Shown: in pieces, positions 63,869-64,000 of the stretch
Numbering within the stretch: position 1 is the first letter of the stretch
Layout: each line of letters starts with the position of its first letter
NCBI GenBank assembly: GCA_000002445.1
Contig: CM000208.1
Coordinates: 2,048,001-2,112,000 of the forward strand
Length of the DNA stretch: 64,000 nt
Source: Trypanosoma brucei
Taxonomy: Eukaryota
Direction: 5' to 3'
Notes under the pieces: generated by a model
The model's input: the letters and a program-made list of their open reading frames with translations, nothing else
Database searches by the model: none
Told to the model about the DNA's origin: nothing
Position numbers and translations under genes: made by a program

Positions 63869-64000
63869 AAAAACATAGCCGCCGCTGCAGCCTTAGTTGG
63901 AGCGGGAAACCGCGTGGAGAAACGGCTGCATTTGGTGTAAACGATGGTGTACATTGAGAACGGCAGAATTGTGGAGCAACGGGGCTTCAGCCTTGTTGAT

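Noticed and set aside
63436-63957. 173-aa + ORF, and a possible gene start at about 63944 (MVYIENGRIVEQRGFSLVD…) at the window edge
   Set aside because: The 173-aa ORF spans a microsatellite and a pyrimidine tract and looks like spacer. The downstream ATG may begin the next gene, but only 19 codons are visible, too few to call.
1-64000. Looked for tRNA, rRNA, SL-RNA, ingi/RIME retroposons and CRISPR-like spacer-repeat arrays
   Set aside because: No cloverleaf-like conserved tRNA boxes, no rRNA-like segments, and no retroposon hallmarks were recognisable by eye. The only regular arrays are the THT units and the in-frame 102-bp repeats.

Overview
This window reads as a kinetoplastid (Trypanosoma brucei-group) nuclear chromosome segment, not a prokaryotic locus. 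About 25 intron-less protein-coding genes all lie on the + strand, as in a single polycistronic transcription unit, separated by T-rich or pyrimidine-rich spacers typical of trans-splicing and polyadenylation regions. The gene order is:

- a giant HECT E3 ubiquitin ligase with three SPRY domains (~3700 aa)
- a soluble L-type (ERGIC-53-like) lectin
- a small membrane protein
- a TOR kinase (FAT, kinase and FATC domains; by synteny with RPS12 and the glucose transporter array I believe it is TOR1)
- ribosomal protein S12
- three tandem hexose-transporter genes that I recognise as the T. brucei THT1/THT2 array: copy 1 is THT1-type, copy 2 has a THT1 body with a THT2-type C-terminus and 3' flank, and copy 3 is THT2
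- a type-II DnaJ
- three small GTPases in a row (Rab23-like with CaaX, RABL6-like, ARL2)
- a large protein whose last ~560 codons are ~16 near-identical 102-bp (34-aa) Pro-rich tandem repeats
- two large hypothetical proteins, one with an (AAC)13 poly-Asn tract
- a Suc_Fer-like thioredoxin-like ferredoxin
- a kelch-repeat protein
- an FG/Ran-binding-domain (Nup50/Nup2-like) protein
- Fis1
- a hypothetical protein
- CTU1/NCS6 tRNA 2-thiolation ATPase with a poly-Q tail

I found no CRISPR, rRNA or obvious tRNA genes, no retroposons, and nothing resembling a prokaryotic defence system. The most interesting structure is the boundary between the THT1 and THT2 sub-arrays, with its chimeric middle copy and the swapped 3' flank. 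The repeat arrays are probably collapsed in assembly. All product calls come from reading motifs in the supplied translations; nothing was searched.
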